This document shows, one piece after another, positions 19,736-28,527 of a stretch of 64,000 nt of DNA (position 1 is the first letter of the stretch; each line of letters opens with the position of its first letter). The translations under genes were made by a program, and so were the position numbers. Origin of the DNA: an uncultured Coriobacteriia bacterium (GTDB taxonomy: Bacteria; Actinomycetota; Coriobacteriia; Coriobacteriales; QAMH01); contig CAOKAE010000002.1 in assembly GCA_948466335.1 (NCBI GenBank), positions 28,029 to 92,028 on the forward strand. The letters are read 5' to 3'. The notes under the pieces are model-generated. The model was not told the origin of the DNA, made no database searches, and saw nothing but the letters and a program-made list of their open reading frames with translations.

Positions 19736-19738
19736 CCA

Positions 19739-22423
19739 CTACCCACACCAGACATCCGCATCCTGGTTCGCGCCCCGCATCAATCCCTCGAGCGCTTCGG
19801 CCTTGTTGCGGGCGCCCATCTTGGCGTAGATGTTGGAGAGGTGCTTCTTTGCCGTGTTGATGCTGATGGAGAGCGTCTCGGCAATCTCGTTGCGCGAGAG
19901 GCCCATGTTGAGCAAGCGCAGCACCTCCACCTCGCGAGTGGTGAGCATGTATTCGCTTTCCAGGAAAGCGGCGTTCTCGTCGGCGGCCTCGCGTTTGCCA
20001 AGGCCCTCCGCCTCGAAGCGCAGCAGGATGTCCTTCACGTACGTTCGCAAGGTGCCGCCCAGCCTTCTCGTCGTCGAGTACTCGCGCAACAGTTGCCTCA
20101 TGGGTGCCCCCGCATTGAGGATCGTGCGCATGAACCCACGCAGGCGGGCGATGCGGATGAGCTCGTTGAGGGAGGTGATGGCCTGGACCTTCTCGCCCAT
20201 GCCGTCGAGGATGAGGGTCTTCTCCACCAGCGCGATCACGACCATGCGATTGAAGTCGCGTTCGAGCGCGCGCTCGATCATGTCATCGAGCAGCTTCACG
20301 GCCTCGCGCTGGCAGCCCTGCAGACGTAGGGCGAAGGCGTGGATGGCATCCAGCAGCAATGCGCTGAAGGCGTCCTGCTCCTTCAGGTGCAGGGCGAACT
20401 TGTTTTCCACGAGCTGCATTTCGTTGAGGTCCCCGCGATGCAGGGCGATCTGCGCCTGGAGGAAATAGGCGGAAAGCAGCGCCGCACGGGGGATGTCGCG
20501 ATACTTCTCCCCCTGCAAGACGGCTTCGGTGACCACCTCGAAGGCCCTGGAGGAGTCTCCCGAGGCAAGGTGCCAGACGGCGTGGGCCGTCATTATGTCC
20601 AGATACAGGTCTATGTGCCGATAATAGGAGAGCTCCCTCTCGGAGAGCCTGAGCAGGTTTGGCACACGCTCCACGTCGGCGCGCTCTATCAGGATGCGCG
20701 CGAGAAGTGCGCAGGTCGCCCCGTAGATGGCAAAGTCGGGAGGGCATTTCTTGAGAAGGCTCTCGCAGCTGCGTTCGGCCTTGTCGTGTTCGCCGCAATA
20801 GTAGAGGTTCACCGCATAGGTGTACTCGTTGAAGACGAGCTGGTGAACCGTCTGGTCAACGGTCGCGCTTGCCTGCCCCTTCAGGTAGTAATCCCTCGCC
20901 TGCGTGTAATCACCGATATACGAGCATGCCTCGCCCTGCGATTGGTTGATCATACTGAGCAGCGATGAGGTGATGGGCCAGCTTCCGTCCTGCAGCTCCT
21001 CACATAGGGCCAGTGCCTGCTCGCCCTCGCCCTGCATGGCAAGGTACTTCATGGAAAGGCACTTCATGGAAAACGAGGCGACTTCGGAAGAGATCGCACC
21101 TGCCGCGATCTCCCTCTCCATGAGCGTCTCGAGAATGCCTATCCACAGGTCGGCGTCCTCGAGACGGGCAAAGGTCACGCACGACCAGACCGCTATGAGG
21201 CACAGGAGAGGAGAATCGGGAATCGACGCGGCGGGGACCCTGCACAACCAGGCAAAGGAATCCATGGACTTGTCACGACGCGTGAGCCCGCTCGTGGCCT
21301 CCACGAGCCCCTCGACGTAGTCAAGGTCCCCCGACATGCTCAGGTACTTGACGGCCTCGTTGGGGTATCCGTTGTCGTGAAACCACTCCCCCGCGCTCAG
21401 GCAGAGGCTGCGAAGCTCGCTCGTGTCGATGCGCTTCAACTCGTAGCGCAACATGTCCTGGAACATGGGATGCAGCCTATACCACTCGTCCTCGTAATCG
21501 CAGTTCAGGATGAACGCGTTGGAAACCAGCAACCGATCGAACCTTTCCACGGCGCCGTTCGAGCCGAGTATGAAGGAGAGGAGCGGCCGGTTGACCTTCT
21601 CGAACAACGAGACGCGAATGAGAAAATCGACGTCCTCCTGGGAAAGCCCGGAGAGGATGTTGCAGGTGAAGTAGTCGCGTATCAGGCTGTTCTTCCCGTT
21701 GATGGGACTTTCGACGATGCCCAGTCTCTCGTTGCGCGCCATGGCCTGGGCCCTCAGCTTCACACCCTGAATCCATCCCTCGGTGTCACGGTATACCTCG
21801 TCGGCAGACCCATCGTCGAGGTCCGCGCCGCAGACATCCCGAATGACCTCCTCGGCCTGGTCGCGCGTGAATATGAAGTCCCGTAGCTCGAACACGCGCT
21901 CACCGTATCTGAAAGCCGCTGTCTTCAGGCTGTCCAGAAACTCTCGCGTGCTCACCACGAAATGGTATTCGGGGGGAACCTCGAAGCAGAAACGGAGAAA
22001 GTCATCGATAAGGGAGAGGGACGTTATCCGGTCAATACCATCGAGAAAGACGAAATGCTCGGTGTCGGCCCGATGCCGAAACAGGATGTCCGCGAGCTGC
22101 GCTCCATCATGCGCGACTTCTTCCGTCCCCGAATCCAGGCAGGGCACGCTCTCGCTCAGCGAGACATGGAGGTGTCCCCAAAACTGCTCCGGTTCGGACA
22201 ATGGCGTGTCGAGGGCAAGCCAGCTCGTGCCCTGGCCATCCTGTCTCAACGCCCGGGCGAGTTCGTCCATGGCTATGGTCTTGCCATAACCGCTCGGCGC
22301 GTAGAGAAAGGTCACGCGCTGGACATGGGCCACACGCCTCATGTCATCAATCATGGGACGGCCTGCCACGAGATTGGGCGGCAGCGCTGGCTCGATGAGC
22401 CTTGCTCGAACGATCTGATCCAC
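19739..22423 (-). CDS. LAL/MalT-like LuxR-family transcriptional regulator (intact)
   Basis: 894 aa. N-terminal P-loop (YAPSGYGKTIAM), long helical/TPR-like middle and C-terminal LuxR HTH (LTTREVEVLRLLNMGLSRNEIAETLSISINTAKKHLSNIYAKMG). Confidence 0.9.
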   Translation of the reverse strand: MDQIVRARLIEPALPPNLVAGRPMIDDMRRVAHVQRVTFLYAPSGYGKTIAMDELARALRQDGQGTSWLALDTPLSEPEQFWGHLHVSLSESVPCLDSGTEEVAHDGAQLADILFRHRADTEHFVFLDGIDRITSLSLIDDFLRFCFEVPPEYHFVVSTREFLDSLKTAAFRYGERVFELRDFIFTRDQAEEVIRDVCGADLDDGSADEVYRDTEGWIQGVKLRAQAMARNERLGIVESPINGKNSLIRDYFTCNILSGLSQEDVDFLIRVSLFEKVNRPLLSFILGSNGAVERFDRLLVSNAFILNCDYEDEWYRLHPMFQDMLRYELKRIDTSELRSLCLSAGEWFHDNGYPNEAVKYLSMSGDLDYVEGLVEATSGLTRRDKSMDSFAWLCRVPAASIPDSPLLCLIAVWSCVTFARLEDADLWIGILETLMEREIAAGAISSEVASFSMKCLSMKYLAMQGEGEQALALCEELQDGSWPITSSLLSMINQSQGEACSYIGDYTQARDYYLKGQASATVDQTVHQLVFNEYTYAVNLYYCGEHDKAERSCESLLKKCPPDFAIYGATCALLARILIERADVERVPNLLRLSERELSYYRHIDLYLDIMTAHAVWHLASGDSSRAFEVVTEAVLQGEKYRDIPRAALLSAYFLQAQIALHRGDLNEMQLVENKFALHLKEQDAFSALLLDAIHAFALRLQGCQREAVKLLDDMIERALERDFNRMVVIALVEKTLILDGMGEKVQAITSLNELIRIARLRGFMRTILNAGAPMRQLLREYSTTRRLGGTLRTYVKDILLRFEAEGLGKREAADENAAFLESEYMLTTREVEVLRLLNMGLSRNEIAETLSISINTAKKHLSNIYAKMGARNKAEALEGLMRGANQDADVWCG

Positions 22424-22514
22424 CAGTTACCCCTTCCCCCAGGGTTTTGGGTGAACGCGCACGATAACCTCATTAAAACTATCAGGCTATGCGATGATAA
22501 AAAGCATCCGTAAC

Positions 22515-22545
22515 GGATTATTTTCGAGGGTAATGCAAAGGGTAA
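22515..22545 (-). promoter_or_regulatory. phased GGATTA/GGGTAA/GGGTAA boxes upstream of the intact LAL regulator
   Basis: TA dinucleotides at 22519-20, 22531-32 and 22543-44, giving 12-bp spacing. The site is about 90-120 nt upstream of ATG 22423. Confidence 0.35.
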
Positions 22546-22727
22546 GGCGAAACGAAAACCTTATACCTTCTTAAGATAATATCCATGCAAATCGCGCAAT
22601 TATTCACTGGGCCCGAGCCGCAAATGCACGTGGCATTTTCTGCCGAAGCCAACTCCCGTGCCCCGAATCTACGATAGAATGCTCTGGGCATATTCTCAGT
22701 GTCGGCCCAGACGGAATGGATGAGTAG

Positions 22728-23774
22728 ATGGACCTCACGCTCTCGGTGTTTATCGCGCAGGCAGGTGCACACCCCGCGCTCATCGTGATTCTCATCCTCG
22801 TCATTGGCGTTACCGTCATCTCGGGCGCAACCGACGCCCCCAACGCCATTGCCTCGGCCGTCTCCACCCGCTGCCTCAAACCCGGAACGGCATTGATCCT
22901 GGCGGCCATCTTCAACTTCATCGGCCTCGTGGGCATGACTTACATCTCGACCGCCGTCGCCCACACCATGTTCAACATGGTCAACTTCTCGGGGAACACG
23001 CACCAGGCCCTCATGGCGCTCATAGCCGCGATGATAGGCTCCATCGGATGGGGCTTCTTCTGCTGGTATCGGGGCATTCCCGCATCCAAGTCCCATTCGC
23101 TCATCGCCGGCGTCACCGGTGGTGCCATAGCCATGAACGGCCTTGCCGGCGTCGTCATCAGCGAGTGGATGCTCGTCATCTACGGCATGGTCTTCTCGCT
23201 CGTCGCCGGATTTGCCCTGGGCTGGTTCAACACCCGCCTGGTCGAGTTTCTCTTCGCGCGGGCAAACCGCTTCAAGGCGAACAACGCCTGCATCATCCTG
23301 CAGGATATCTGTGCTTGCGCCCTTTCGTTTCTCCACGGCGCGCAAGACGGGCAGAAGTTCATGTCAATCGGACTGCTGGGCATCGCGCTTGCGTTCGACA
23401 TGCAGACGAGTGGTGCGACCGAGTTTCCGCTCTGGCTCATGATCCTCTGCTCACTCGCCATCTCGCTCGGCACGCTCGTCGGCGGCAAGCGCATCATCAA
23501 ATCCGTCGCCATGGACATGGTCAAGCTCGAGAAGTACCAGGGCGTGGCCGCCTCGGCAACGACGGTCATCACGCTCTTCATCGCCTCCATCACCGGCATG
23601 CCGGTCTCGACCTCGCATTGCAGCACGGCGGCCATCATGGGCGTGGGAGCCTCGAAAAATCCCAAGCGCGTCAAATGGGACGTCGCCAAGAGCATGGTCG
23701 CGGCGTGGCTTCTAACCTTCCCCTGCTGCGGGTTCATCGGCTGGGCGCTCGCCCAGATTTTCATGCTCTTCTAG
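22728..23774 (+). CDS. inorganic phosphate transporter, PiT family
   Basis: 348 aa. GATDAPNAIA near the N-terminus and a second PiT-type repeat near the C-terminus. Confidence 0.8.
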   Translation: MDLTLSVFIAQAGAHPALIVILILVIGVTVISGATDAPNAIASAVSTRCLKPGTALILAAIFNFIGLVGMTYISTAVAHTMFNMVNFSGNTHQALMALIAAMIGSIGWGFFCWYRGIPASKSHSLIAGVTGGAIAMNGLAGVVISEWMLVIYGMVFSLVAGFALGWFNTRLVEFLFARANRFKANNACIILQDICACALSFLHGAQDGQKFMSIGLLGIALAFDMQTSGATEFPLWLMILCSLAISLGTLVGGKRIIKSVAMDMVKLEKYQGVAASATTVITLFIASITGMPVSTSHCSTAAIMGVGASKNPKRVKWDVAKSMVAAWLLTFPCCGFIGWALAQIFMLF

Positions 23775-23811
23775 AAATGAGACAAATACACAGGGTGCTT
23801 GTGTCTCATTT
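23775..23811. terminator. hairpin between convergent PiT and EamA genes
   Basis: Arms AAATGAGACA (23775-23784) and TGTCTCATTT (23802-23811). Confidence 0.5.
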
Positions 23812-24645
23812 ACGCGCCGCGTAGACGTTGTACGCGGTGGCCGCGCCAATCACCAGCACCGCACCGATGATGGAAATCGGCCCGATGGTCTCGCCGACCA
23901 CGATCGCCACCAAGATGGGATTGAGCAACGGCTCGATGGTCGAGGTGAGTGACGCCGTCACGGGAGACACCACGTCCAGTCCCTTGGAGAGAAAGAAATA
24001 GGCCAGCCCCAGCTGGGCGACGCCGAGCGCGACGATCGCGGCCGCTATGTCGAGCGAGAAGACCGTCTCCTGCACGTAAAAGGGGATGCCGACGACGAAG
24101 CACGCCGCAAAACCCAGGATGGCCGCGCACTCGAAGTCGCACTTGGGGGACTCCTTGAGAAGGAACACGCCCGCATAGGCAAGTCCCGAAACGATCGCGA
24201 GCACGTTTCCCAGCATGCCGCCGGCGCTCAAGCTGTCGAAGAAGAAGCAGGCGATGCCGGCGATAACGACGAAGCTCGCGACGATGGCGCTACCCCGCGG
24301 GCGCGAGCGAAAGACGATCCAGCCCAGCAAGATGACCCATACGGGTTCGGTGAACTGAAGCACGATGGCGTTGGCCGCCGTCGTGAGCTTATTGGCGATG
24401 ACGAAGGTCTCGAGCATGGCAAAGGACAGGACGGCACCGCCGATGATCTGCCTGTTGACGTGGAAGCGCCTTCCCGTCATGCGCAGGTAGAGGTACATCG
24501 GGACAATGGCGAAGAGGCAGCGTGCCCCGTTGATGCTCACCGGGTTCCACGGTATGACCTTGATGAGCACGCCGGCAAGCGAAAAGCAGACGGCGGATAT
24601 CAGGACGTAGGCAAGTCCCCTTCTATGGCTGATGGTTGCCGGCAT
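23806..24645 (-). CDS. EamA/DMT family transporter
   Basis: 279 aa with about 10 TM helices and a two-fold EamA-like repeat pattern. Confidence 0.75.
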   Translation of the reverse strand: MPATISHRRGLAYVLISAVCFSLAGVLIKVIPWNPVSINGARCLFAIVPMYLYLRMTGRRFHVNRQIIGGAVLSFAMLETFVIANKLTTAANAIVLQFTEPVWVILLGWIVFRSRPRGSAIVASFVVIAGIACFFFDSLSAGGMLGNVLAIVSGLAYAGVFLLKESPKCDFECAAILGFAACFVVGIPFYVQETVFSLDIAAAIVALGVAQLGLAYFFLSKGLDVVSPVTASLTSTIEPLLNPILVAIVVGETIGPISIIGAVLVIGAATAYNVYAARK

Positions 24646-24716
24646 ATCCCACGCGCCTCATCCCAAGCGTAGCTCGCATGCACGGACCCGCCCTCAACGG
24701 GACGGACCCGCGGATG

Positions 24717-27700
24717 CTATTCGCTACGCAGCGCCTCGACAGGATCGCGGCGGGCGGCGTTCATGGCGGGCATGAGACCCGCGATGAAGGTCAAGAACAC
24801 GCTGATGAGCACGAGGATGATGGCGGCCCCGATGGGCAGCGCCAGAATGCCCGAGATGTTCATCATCGCCAACACGATGGCGTTCACGGGTATGGACACG
24901 AGCGCCACGAGAAGGACGGCGAAGATGCCCGACATGAGGCCCTCGATGACCGTCTCGGCGTTGAAGATGTTGGCGATGTTGCCCTTGCTCGCACCCATGG
25001 CACGCAAGATGCCGATTTCCTTCTTGCGCTCGAGCACGCTGATGTAGGTGATGATGCCGATCATGATGGAACTGACGACGAGCGAGATGGAGACGAACGC
25101 GATGAGGACCATGGAGATCATGTCAATGATGTTGGTGACCGAGCTCATGAGCACGCCCATGATGTCCGAGTAGGAGATGGTCTTGTCCTCCTCGCCGGAC
25201 GCCTCCATGTCGACGTTGTACTGGTCGATGATGTCCTCGACCACCTGCTTGTCATCGAAGCTCTTGGCATAGATGCTGATGGTCACCGGATCGGCGATGT
25301 CGGCATAGCCAAGCGTCTGCAGATTGCTCTCGTAGCTCAGGTCGTTGCTGCGCGCGAGGTTCATGAACATCGACGTCAGCTCGTCTTGGTCCATGTTGAC
25401 GGTGATGGAACGCGCGAACATGGCCGGATCGACCGAAACCGCCGTGCCCATGGCGGTCGAGAGCGCCGAGGCCATGGAGCTTGCCAGGCTTGTGGTATAG
25501 CTCTCAAGCATGCCGCCCATCTTGGTCTGCAGGTACGGGACGAGCTGCGTGGTCATGTACTCGTTCATCTTCTTCTGGATGGCATCGGTGAAGGCCTTCT
25601 GAAGTTGCTCGCCGGAGCCTGACATGCCCGCGGCGATGCCGTTGGCAGCCTGGCTGATGATGCCCTTGTAGATGTCCGATTGCTGATAGGCCGCCCAGGC
25701 GCCCGGCAAATCGGCCATGCTGCCGGGATTGCCGCTCACGTACTGCATGAAGCCCATGACGACCCCGCTGCTCATCTGCCCCAGGCTCTGCTCGAGGGCG
25801 GCGACCTGTCCCGCCGAGGGAACGCCGGCCGACAGGTCGATGTCAAGGTCGCTAAAGTCGGGCGCGGGAATGTCGGCGAACATGGAGCCCGTGTCGATGT
25901 TGGCTCCCGCTCCGCTCATGGCGCTGACCATGGCCGCCTCGATGGCGGCGTTATCGACGTTGAAGGCGCGGGCCATCATGGACTGGTCGATGCTGAATAG
26001 CGAGCTCATGTCAAAGGACGACGCGGCGTCGTCCTTGAGCGATTCGAAGGACTTGCCCGTGAAGATGTCGACATCGGGCTGCGCCTGTTGGGCCTCGACG
26101 ACGGGAGACGTCGCCGCTTGGTCAATGAGGTGCAGAATGAGGTCGTGGCGATAGCCGATGCCCTCGTCCATGGACGTCGACGATGCCGTGGGGCTGGGCT
26201 TGATGATGCCCACGACCTTGAGGTCGAGACCATCGGCGATTTGCGCCTTCATGTAGCCCTCGTCATCGCTGCGGTCGACCCATGTCGACCCGGAAGAGGC
26301 CTTGGTATACATGTTGCACTCGTTCACGACCTTGAACGTGAGCGACAGCGCCTCCTCCTGCGTGAACTCGACACTGGTGTCGGGAACGTCGAGCTCCTCT
26401 GACGCGAGGGCGTCCATGAGAAGGTCGCTGAGCTCGTCGGGGTCGAGGATGCCGAGGGCGTAGAGGGTATAGTCGCTGATGCCGCCGTTCTTGTTGAGCA
26501 CGAGCACGCACTCGTCGTAAGAGCTGGGCCATGCACCGGCGACGATGTCGTACTGTTCCTCGAGAAGCTTCTGGTCATCGAGCATCTCCTGGAACGAGCT
26601 GGCCGACGACATCATGGAGAACATGCCCGAGGAGCTGATGTCGTTTGACATGATTCCCGATAACGCGCCGGGATTGAGCTGCTTGATGCCATCTGCGGTG
26701 TCGGACTTGTAGATCTGCGGGGTGATGCCGTAGCCATACACGATGGCGTTGACGTAGGCGTTGACGTTGCCGCCGTTGTCCTCGAAGAAGGCGCGCAGGG
26801 ACTTGAGGTCGTTGGTCTTCACGTCCGTCAGGACATCAGCCATGATGGTGGATTCCGGGATGACGCCCTCGGGCAGGGACTCCTGGGCATCCCCGTGCAC
26901 GTAGTCTCCCGCCTGCATCATGATCGAGGTCACGTCGAAGCTCGATTGCGTGATGGTGAGCGGCGTGGAGGACAGCGTGTCTTCCTCGACCTTGGCGATG
27001 TAGTTGTTGACGCCATTGGAAAGCGCGAGGATGGCGGCGATGCCGATAATGCCGATGGACCCCGCGAAGGCCGTGAGGAAGGTCCTGCCCTTCTTGGTCA
27101 TCAGGTTGTTGAAGGACAGCGCGAGCGCCGTGAGAAACGACATGGACGCGTGCTTCTTGTGCCCCGACGTCGCCCTGTTGCGCTCGCTTGCCGCGAGCTT
27201 GGCCGTCTGTTCGTCGGCCTTGGTGGGGTCGAAGGGATTGCTGTCGTCGGCAATGCGGCCGTCATGGAGCTTGACGATGCGGTTGGCGTAATCGTAGGCA
27301 AGCTCCGGGTTATGCGTGACCATGATGACGAGGCGATCGCTCGCGATCTCGGACAGCAGGTCCATGACCTGGATGCCCGTCTCGGTGTCCAGGGCGCCCG
27401 TGGGCTCGTCGGCCAGCACGATATCTGGATCGTTGACCAGGGCGCGGGCAATGGCCACGCGCTGCATCTGTCCGCCGGAAAGCTGGCTGGGCTTCTTGTT
27501 GGCGTGTTCGCCCAGGCCCACGCGTTCGAGCTCGGCCATGGCCCGCGCACGACGTTCCTCGCGGGACACGCCGGAGAGCGTGAGCGCAAGCTCGACGTTG
27601 GAGAGCACCGTCTGGTGCGGAATGAGGTTATAGCTCTGGAAGACGAAGCCGATGTGGTGATTGCGATAGGTATCCCAATCGGCGCTCGTGTAATCCTTGG

Positions 27701-27905
27701 TGGACGTTCCGTTGATGACGAGCTCACCCGTGTCGGCATGGTCAAGGCCGCCCAACACGTTGAGCAAGGTGGTCTTGCCGGAACCCGACGGCCCCAGGAC
27801 GGCGACGAATTCGTTGTCCCGGAATGATATCGAGACGTCGTCGAGCGCCTTCTGCTCGAAATCGCCGACCTTGTAGGACTTGCGCAGGTGCTTGAGCTCG
27901 ATCAT
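24717..27905 (-). CDS. fused ABC ATPase / FtsX-type permease (MacB-like) with very large extracytoplasmic domain
   Basis: 1062 aa. N-terminal ATPase ([26 protein letters not shown]), one TM, about 600 aa of non-hydrophobic sequence, then three C-terminal TM helices of FtsX type. Confidence 0.85.
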   Translation of the reverse strand: MIELKHLRKSYKVGDFEQKALDDVSISFRDNEFVAVLGPSGSGKTTLLNVLGGLDHADTGELVINGTSTKDYTSADWDTYRNHHIGFVFQSYNLIPHQTVLSNVELALTLSGVSREERRARAMAELERVGLGEHANKKPSQLSGGQMQRVAIARALVNDPDIVLADEPTGALDTETGIQVMDLLSEIASDRLVIMVTHNPELAYDYANRIVKLHDGRIADDSNPFDPTKADEQTAKLAASERNRATSGHKKHASMSFLTALALSFNNLMTKKGRTFLTAFAGSIGIIGIAAILALSNGVNNYIAKVEEDTLSSTPLTITQSSFDVTSIMMQAGDYVHGDAQESLPEGVIPESTIMADVLTDVKTNDLKSLRAFFEDNGGNVNAYVNAIVYGYGITPQIYKSDTADGIKQLNPGALSGIMSNDISSSGMFSMMSSASSFQEMLDDQKLLEEQYDIVAGAWPSSYDECVLVLNKNGGISDYTLYALGILDPDELSDLLMDALASEELDVPDTSVEFTQEEALSLTFKVVNECNMYTKASSGSTWVDRSDDEGYMKAQIADGLDLKVVGIIKPSPTASSTSMDEGIGYRHDLILHLIDQAATSPVVEAQQAQPDVDIFTGKSFESLKDDAASSFDMSSLFSIDQSMMARAFNVDNAAIEAAMVSAMSGAGANIDTGSMFADIPAPDFSDLDIDLSAGVPSAGQVAALEQSLGQMSSGVVMGFMQYVSGNPGSMADLPGAWAAYQQSDIYKGIISQAANGIAAGMSGSGEQLQKAFTDAIQKKMNEYMTTQLVPYLQTKMGGMLESYTTSLASSMASALSTAMGTAVSVDPAMFARSITVNMDQDELTSMFMNLARSNDLSYESNLQTLGYADIADPVTISIYAKSFDDKQVVEDIIDQYNVDMEASGEEDKTISYSDIMGVLMSSVTNIIDMISMVLIAFVSISLVVSSIMIGIITYISVLERKKEIGILRAMGASKGNIANIFNAETVIEGLMSGIFAVLLVALVSIPVNAIVLAMMNISGILALPIGAAIILVLISVFLTFIAGLMPAMNAARRDPVEALRSE

Positions 27906-28065
27906 GAAATTGCTTTCTTCTCGCCTTCCTTCACCCTAATGGTGCCATGGAAGGTACGGTGCACGACGGCATGAATAGGTTTTTTCATCTTACTCCCATA
28001 AGTGTTTGTAGGTGCTGGGAAAATCCGCTATACTCTCGCCTTGCGCATCAGCGCAGGAAGCACAC

Positions 28066-28143
28066 GGTGGGTATAGCGCAGTTGGTTAGCGCGCCAGATT
28101 GTGGCTCTGGAGGTCGAGGGTTCGAATCCCTTTACCCACCCCA
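28066..28143 (+). tRNA. tRNA-His (GTG)
   Basis: Hand-folded cloverleaf. Encoded G-1, acceptor GTGGGTA/TACCCAC, anticodon loop TTGTGGC, T-loop GGTTCGAATCC and encoded CCA. Confidence 0.9.
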
Positions 28144-28195
28144 TTTTCCTGCTGGAGCGCACGGCGATTTCGTGTATAATCCTTTTTCGCTGTTT

Positions 28196-28271
<76 letters not shown>

Positions 28272-28283
28272 TCAAAACGCAAA

Positions 28284-28311
28284 GGCCGGGGCATATGCCC
28301 CGGCCTTTTTT
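28284..28311 (+). terminator. intrinsic terminator after the tRNA pair
   Basis: GGCCGGGGC-ATAT-GCCCCGGCC followed by TTTTTT. Confidence 0.85.
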
Positions 28312-28375
28312 GATGCCGATGATTAATCTGCAAGTTTCGCGAGAGCGGCGGGCAGGTCGCCTCGCTCCGACGGAG

Positions 28376-28478
28376 GCGTCGGGCAGGCCGTCTCGCCTCG
28401 ATGGTCGCTCCCCGACGGCCCACTTCGTGGTCCTTTCGGCTCGCTCCCTTAACCTCGGCTCGACGGCCTGCCCGACGC
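28376..28478. repeat. perfect 17-bp inverted repeat with 69-nt spacer in a GC-rich non-coding stretch
   Basis: GCGTCGGGCAGGCCGTC (28376-28392) and its exact reverse complement (28462-28478). A related direct copy GGGCAGGTCGCC lies at about 28350. Confidence 0.7.
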
Positions 28479-28491
28479 TAGGTTACTTGAT

Positions 28492-28523
28492 AATGTGTCA
28501 TGGGGTCAGACCCCTTGGCACAT
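28492..28523 (-). repeat. palindromic REP-like element, copy a
   Basis: Plus strand AATGTGTCATGGGGTCAGACCCCTTGGCACAT. It ends 4 nt from the stop of the Ldh_2 gene. Confidence 0.7.
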
Positions 28524-28527
28524 GCCG

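Noticed and set aside
22518-23345. 275-aa minus-strand ORF opposite the PiT gene
   Set aside because: It is antisense to a clear PiT transporter. Its composition is Asp/Gly/Arg-rich, and no RBS or motif is present.
28421-28450. Similarity of CACTTCGTGG..CGGCTCGCTCCC to the ftsY repeat unit CACTTCGTTCGCTTCGCTCG
   Set aside because: The match is short and interrupted, and too weak by eye to claim homology.
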